From NCBI GenBank assembly GCA_039807095.1, contig JBDHQM010000005.1:39033-103032 (forward strand): a stretch of 64,000 bases of DNA, in the 5' to 3' direction. A model generated the notes under the pieces. That model ran no database searches. It saw nothing but the letters and a program-made list of their open reading frames with translations, and was not told where the DNA came from. Every line of letters starts with the position of its first letter. Positions within the stretch are counted from its first letter, which is position 1. Positions 59,389 through 64,000 of the stretch are shown here, in pieces. Both the position numbers and the translations under genes were made by a program. Origin of the DNA: Kiritimatiellia bacterium (GTDB lineage: Bacteria > Verrucomicrobiota > Kiritimatiellia > CAIVKH01).

Positions 59389-60578
59389 GCGAGCAGCTCC
59401 ATGAGCGCCGAGACGGTTTGCTCAACAACGGCGTCCATCGCGAAGGAGCGGAGGGCCTGCGCGTGCGCGGCCTCGCCCATACGCTTACGCGCGGCGGGAT
59501 CGTTTGCCATCTCAATAAGTCGTTGTGTGAAGAGCGCCATGTCGTCCGGTGGGAAAAGATAGCCCTGTACGCCGTCTTCGACGACTTCGGAAACGCCCGC
59601 GAGTTTTGCGCCGAGAATTGGCAGGCCCGCCGCCATGTTGTGGACGAGCGCGCCGGTCATGTGGAAGTCGTCGGATGCGTGGCCGACGCGCATCACGAGG
59701 CCGATATCGCCCGCATTCAGTGCGACGTTCACATCTTCGGGTTTTGGGAGCCAGCCGGTCATACGCACGATGTCCCGAACCTTCAGTTCATCGCAGAGCG
59801 CCTGAAGATGATCGAATTCGGGGCCGTGCCCGACGAGGAGAAAGCGAAGGTTGGGGAGCTGCGTGCGCGCGGCGGCGATGGCGCGGATGATTCGCTCGTT
59901 GCCCTTGTTCGGGTGCAGGATGCCGTGGTGGACGAGAACGACCTCATCGTCAGAATAGTTGAATTGCTTGCGCGCAGCGGCGCGATCCATGGGGTGATAG
60001 AGCGCGGTGTCGCACGGATCGTAGATCGGGCGAACTCGGGCGGGGTCCACGCCGTGCTGCGCGAGGAAATCGCGTGTATTCTTTGCGCGGGTGATAATGA
60101 GCGGAAGTTTGCGCCACGCGCGCCAGTCAACGGCGCGGATTGCCGAGCCGAACACGCGGGAGAGGGAATTGCCGGAGAGGTAAATGTCGGTGAAGAAATC
60201 TGCGATGGACATTGCCACGCGCGGGCCGAAGAAGAGGCGCGCCAACGGCGCAGCGAGCGGGACGGTTTCGTCAATATAGATCGCGCGGATACCGAGCTTC
60301 CGGCAGCGCAGGCCGATCCACGGAAGGCAGAGCAGCCAGAGGATATACTTGATGATCTTGTCCGCGTGGCGCGTGCGATCCACGCGGAACGGGAGGATGT
60401 GGACGGTGGCGTGTTTCGCGATGGAGTCCGGCGTGGGGCGGCGCCCTTCAAACCCGAAATAGTGGACCTCCGCGCGCGTGGAGAGGGCTTCGATGAGGTT
60501 GGGCAGAGCGTGATAGAGCTCGGTGTGTTCGGCCGGCCCGTAGCGGAACCAGAATGCGATGCGCGGTCGCGCGGTCAT
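59385..60578 (-). CDS. GT4 glycosyltransferase
   Basis: G...P.KG, MAAGLPI, EVVEDG..G. Confidence 0.8.
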   Translation of the reverse strand: MTARPRIAFWFRYGPAEHTELYHALPNLIEALSTRAEVHYFGFEGRRPTPDSIAKHATVHILPFRVDRTRHADKIIKYILWLLCLPWIGLRCRKLGIRAIYIDETVPLAAPLARLFFGPRVAMSIADFFTDIYLSGNSLSRVFGSAIRAVDWRAWRKLPLIITRAKNTRDFLAQHGVDPARVRPIYDPCDTALYHPMDRAAARKQFNYSDDEVVLVHHGILHPNKGNERIIRAIAAARTQLPNLRFLLVGHGPEFDHLQALCDELKVRDIVRMTGWLPKPEDVNVALNAGDIGLVMRVGHASDDFHMTGALVHNMAAGLPILGAKLAGVSEVVEDGVQGYLFPPDDMALFTQRLIEMANDPAARKRMGEAAHAQALRSFAMDAVVEQTVSALMELLA

Positions 60579-61561
60579 GATTCAGGAGAGCGGAAAATGA
60601 TACGGCTGCCTTCGTCGCTGAACTCGAACGGAATTTCGGTCAGCCCCTTCATCGCCTCGCGCAGCTTCGCCTGATCCGACGGGCGCGCGTAAAGGAGGAG
60701 AAATCCGCGCCCGCCTGCGCCGAGGAGTTTGCCGCCGATCGCGCCCGCGCGCATTGCGGCGTCATAGGCATCGTCAATGGCGGTGTTCGAAATGCCGGAG
60801 GAGAGCGAGCGTTTGTGCATCCACGACGCGTGGAGGAGGCGTCCGAAGGAATCGAGGTCTTCGTTGCCGACGAGCAGCTTTTCAGCGTGATCCACCATCG
60901 CGCGCATTTCGCGGAGCGAGGCGAGGTTCCGCGCGGTGTTTTTCTGTTGCTCCTGCAAAATGGTCTCTGCCGAACTTTCGACGCCGGTGAAGAAGAGGAG
61001 GAGCCGGTCGCTCAGCGCCGCCTTGCGCTTTGGGTCAATCGCGACCGGCGTCGCGGTGATTCCGTCCGCAGAAAATGTGTAGCGGTGCAGGCCGCCGAAT
61101 GCGGCAGCGTATTGATCCTGATGTCCGCCAGCGTCGCCTACGCGCTCGCGCTCGACAGTGATCGCTTCCTGCGCGAGGCGCGCGGCATCGGCATTTTCGT
61201 TGCGAAACGCGTGAAGCGCGTTCAGCAGCCCGACGGTGAACGAGGAAGAGGAGCCGAGGCCGGTGCGGCCGGGGAGGTCGGCGACGTGATTGATCTCCAT
61301 ACCCGCATCGAGGTTGAGGAGGGTGAGGCATTCGCGGACGAGCGGGTGTTTGATTTCGCGCGGATTCGCGACGGTTTCGGTCTGCGCGTAGCTGACGCGC
61401 AGGCGATGTTTGAAGAACGGGCCGAGCGAGTGGACGGAGAGGTAGCAGTATTTGTTGATCGCGGTGGAGAGTACGGCGCCGCCGTGTTCGCGGTAGTAGT
61501 CGGGGAAGTCGGTGCCGCCGCCGAAGAAGCTTACGCGAAAGGGTGTGCGTGAAATGATCAT
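60575..61561 (-). CDS. hddA: D-glycero-D-manno-heptose-7-phosphate kinase (GHMP)
   Basis: SRTPFRVSFFGGGTD, GLGSSS, QDQY, GGKLLGAGGRG. Confidence 0.85.
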   Translation of the reverse strand: MIISRTPFRVSFFGGGTDFPDYYREHGGAVLSTAINKYCYLSVHSLGPFFKHRLRVSYAQTETVANPREIKHPLVRECLTLLNLDAGMEINHVADLPGRTGLGSSSSFTVGLLNALHAFRNENADAARLAQEAITVERERVGDAGGHQDQYAAAFGGLHRYTFSADGITATPVAIDPKRKAALSDRLLLFFTGVESSAETILQEQQKNTARNLASLREMRAMVDHAEKLLVGNEDLDSFGRLLHASWMHKRSLSSGISNTAIDDAYDAAMRAGAIGGKLLGAGGRGFLLLYARPSDQAKLREAMKGLTEIPFEFSDEGSRIIFRSPES

Positions 61562-62352
61562 GAAAGGGTTTCTCGTCCTTCGAGCACATTCTGCACAAAT
61601 TGGCGTACGGTGTCGCGCGTTTCCGCGACGGGTCGCGCGCGGCGCAATTTCTCGATGTTGATTTCGTAGTGTTCCGGCGTGCCCAGCGGTTCCGGAAGCG
61701 TGGCGTTGGGGATCCACTCCGCGATTTCGCGGATGCTGATGGTGCCCGATCCGGCGACGTTCCAGACCTCGCGGCTGACGCCGTGCGCGAGGAGGTCGAG
61801 GACCGTCTGCGCCAGGGCGCGTGTGTGCTGGAACTGATAACGCGAATCCGGGTGAACGCGGAGCGGGTGGCCTTTGAGCAGGTCGTAGATCGAATTTTTG
61901 CGAAGGCCCGGACCGACGAATCCGCCCATGCGCAGGATCAGCCATTGCGGCGCGTAGTGGCGGACGAGGTCTTCCGCGATGAGTTTATGCAGGCCGTAGG
62001 GCGAGAGGTGTTCGCGCCGGATTGCCGCGGTTTCGGCGTTTTGCGCCGGGTCGCGGACGTTGTCATAGACGTCAATGGTGGAGAGAAACGCGTAGTGCTC
62101 GAAATGGAAGTCGTGCAGCGACTGCATCACGCTGCGGACGGAGAGATCGAACTCGCGCGCGGGCTCTTCGCGCGCGAGGAATTTTTTCGAGTTCCCGTTT
62201 GCGTTGATGACCCAGCGCGCGGAGAGGCCCGCGGTGTAATTCATGCGGCCGATTTCGAGGACAGAGAGTCCGCGGGCTTTTGCTTCCGCGACAATGGCGG
62301 AGCCGACAAAGCCCGCACTGCCGAGGACCAGCAGATCGGCCGCATGACTCAC
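61558..62352 (-). CDS. NAD-dependent epimerase/dehydratase
   Basis: GSAGFVG, YGLHK. Confidence 0.85.
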   Translation of the reverse strand: MSHAADLLVLGSAGFVGSAIVAEAKARGLSVLEIGRMNYTAGLSARWVINANGNSKKFLAREEPAREFDLSVRSVMQSLHDFHFEHYAFLSTIDVYDNVRDPAQNAETAAIRREHLSPYGLHKLIAEDLVRHYAPQWLILRMGGFVGPGLRKNSIYDLLKGHPLRVHPDSRYQFQHTRALAQTVLDLLAHGVSREVWNVAGSGTISIREIAEWIPNATLPEPLGTPEHYEINIEKLRRARPVAETRDTVRQFVQNVLEGRETLS

Positions 62353-63305
62353 AGGCGTACCTCGCCGGTTTTGCGCGCCGCGCGGAACCAGTCGGTTGTG
62401 CGACGCAGGCCTTCTTCCAGCGTGGTGCTGCAGGCGAGGCCGAGTTGGTGCAGCCGAGTGACGTCAAAGATTTTGTCCATCTGCCCGTCGGGCTTCGACG
62501 TGTCCCATACGATTTCGCCAGTGAAGCCGGTGACCTTTTTCACCGTTTCCGCCAGCTCGCGGATGGAGATCCGGCGGCCTGCGGAAATATTGATGGGTTC
62601 GCTCGAATTGTAGTTGGCGAGGAACCACGGAATTGTTGCGGCGACATCGCCTGCATACACGAAATCGCGTGTGGGTTTGCCGCTGCCGAAGGCGGTCATG
62701 GTGGGGCGGCCCGCGTCCTGCGCTTCGACGTATTTCCGGATCATTGCCGGAATGACGTGGGATTGCTCGAGATTGAAGTTGTCCCATTCGCCATAGACGT
62801 TGCCGGGGATGAGGACGAGCGAGTTGAAGTCGTGTTGCTTGCGATAGGCCCACGATTGGATGAGCAGCATCTTCTTTGCCGTGGAATAACCGACGCTCTC
62901 GATCTGCGGAAGACCGTTCCACATCTGATCTTCTCCGATGGGCGAGGTGGCGGTTGCCGGATAGGAGCAACCGCCCATCAGCGTCAAAAATTTCTTCACG
63001 CCCGCCTTGAACGACGCGTCGAAGACGGCGGTGTTCATTGCGAGGTTGTCGTAGAAGTAGTCTGCGGGGCGGTTCTTGTTGTCAATGATGCCGCCGGATT
63101 TCGCCGCGAGATGGACAACGCAGTCGGGCTGGATGTCCGCCAGCATCCGCGCGGGGACGCCGGGATCGAGCAATTCGTAATCCGCGCGCGTGGGGCATAC
63201 GAATTCCGCGTCGAACGCCTTTTGCAGCTCCGGCACGATGTGGTGCCCGAGAAATCCGTGTGCGCCGGTGACGAGGATGCGTTTGAAGTCCGAATTTTTC
63301 TTCAT
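62349..63305 (-). CDS. GDP-L-fucose synthase-like epimerase/reductase
   Basis: GAHGFLG, YSTAK, SHVIPAMIRK, WDTSKPDG. Confidence 0.88.
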   Translation of the reverse strand: MKKNSDFKRILVTGAHGFLGHHIVPELQKAFDAEFVCPTRADYELLDPGVPARMLADIQPDCVVHLAAKSGGIIDNKNRPADYFYDNLAMNTAVFDASFKAGVKKFLTLMGGCSYPATATSPIGEDQMWNGLPQIESVGYSTAKKMLLIQSWAYRKQHDFNSLVLIPGNVYGEWDNFNLEQSHVIPAMIRKYVEAQDAGRPTMTAFGSGKPTRDFVYAGDVAATIPWFLANYNSSEPINISAGRRISIRELAETVKKVTGFTGEIVWDTSKPDGQMDKIFDVTRLHQLGLACSTTLEEGLRRTTDWFRAARKTGEVRL

Positions 63306-63309
63306 GGGG

Positions 63310-64000
63310 TCAGACGTTGGAGTATTGATTCCGGCGAATGGCCTGATAGCCCTTGATCAGTTCTGTGATGCCCCACGGGAGCATGTGCGCGGGCTGATAG
63401 CCGGTGCGTTCGATTTTGTCGTTGCTGACGATGTAGTTGCGCTGGTCGGGGTCTTTCCCGATGGGCGCTTCCATGATAGTGAAATCGGGGACCTGCTTCT
63501 TGATTTCGAGACAGAGTTCCATCTTGGACAGGTTGGCGGAGCTGAGGCCGAGGTTGTATGCCTCGCCCTTCATCGTGTCCCAGTTGTCAATTGCGTGAAG
63601 GAACGCGCGCGCGACGTCGCGGACGTGGATGTAGTTTCGCTTGAAGTGCGCTTCGAACAGAATGACGAAGCGATCTGTTACCGCGCGATAGGTGAAATCG
63701 TTGACGAGCAGATCAATGCGCATGCGCGGGCTGACGCCGAATACGGTTGCGAGCCGGAAGGTCAGGCCGCGCCCGCTGGCGAGGACGTATTTCTCCGCCT
63801 CGACTTTAGTCGAGCCATAGACCGAGATCGGGTTGAGCGGCGATTCCTCGGTGCAGAACTCGCCCTCTTTGCCAATGCCGTAGCCGCTATTGGTGTTGGG
63901 GTAGAGGATGCGCTGGTCGGGGCGCGAGAGGTCCACAATCATCTTCACCGCATCGCAGTTGATCGCCTGCGCCTCCTGCGGGCGCTGCGCGCAAATCGGC
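63310..64000 (-). CDS. NAD-dependent epimerase/dehydratase (5' truncated)
   Basis: YGSTK, FRLATVFG.SPRMR. Confidence 0.85.
   Translation of the reverse strand, partial: PICAQRPQEAQAINCDAVKMIVDLSRPDQRILYPNTNSGYGIGKEGEFCTEESPLNPISVYGSTKVEAEKYVLASGRGLTFRLATVFGVSPRMRIDLLVNDFTYRAVTDRFVILFEAHFKRNYIHVRDVARAFLHAIDNWDTMKGEAYNLGLSSANLSKMELCLEIKKQVPDFTIMEAPIGKDPDQRNYIVSNDKIERTGYQPAHMLPWGITELIKGYQAIRRNQYSNV

Overview
GC-rich bacterial chromosome segment, probably PVC superphylum (Kiritimatiellota/Verrucomicrobiota-like; inferred from PEP-CTERM and secreted-protein style). It holds an apparently complete ~29.9 kb Mu-like transposable prophage (~11584-41522). The prophage sits in a REP-like hairpin 20 bp downstream of tRNA-Ala(GGC); the split hairpin halves and inverted terminal motifs are visible at both ends. 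The phage is atypical: (1) leftward early operon with a D-E-E-looking MuA; (2) a sigma70-like gene instead of Mor/C; (3) no recognisable endolysin, but a cassette of three different peptidases plus lipoproteins after the portal; (4) several structural-module/fibre-like proteins with Sec signal peptides; (5) gpF/gpG displaced. The left flank has a TPR protein, hisG, purN, a large secreted GH13 amylase broken by one in-frame TGA, a PEP-CTERM protein and REP arrays. The right flank has ogt-murG-murC-ddl-ftsQ-ftsA-ftsZ (divergent FtsZ), mscS, REP arrays, three cassette-like genes and a GDP-heptose/sugar-nucleotide locus. All calls are by eye from motifs; no searches were run.
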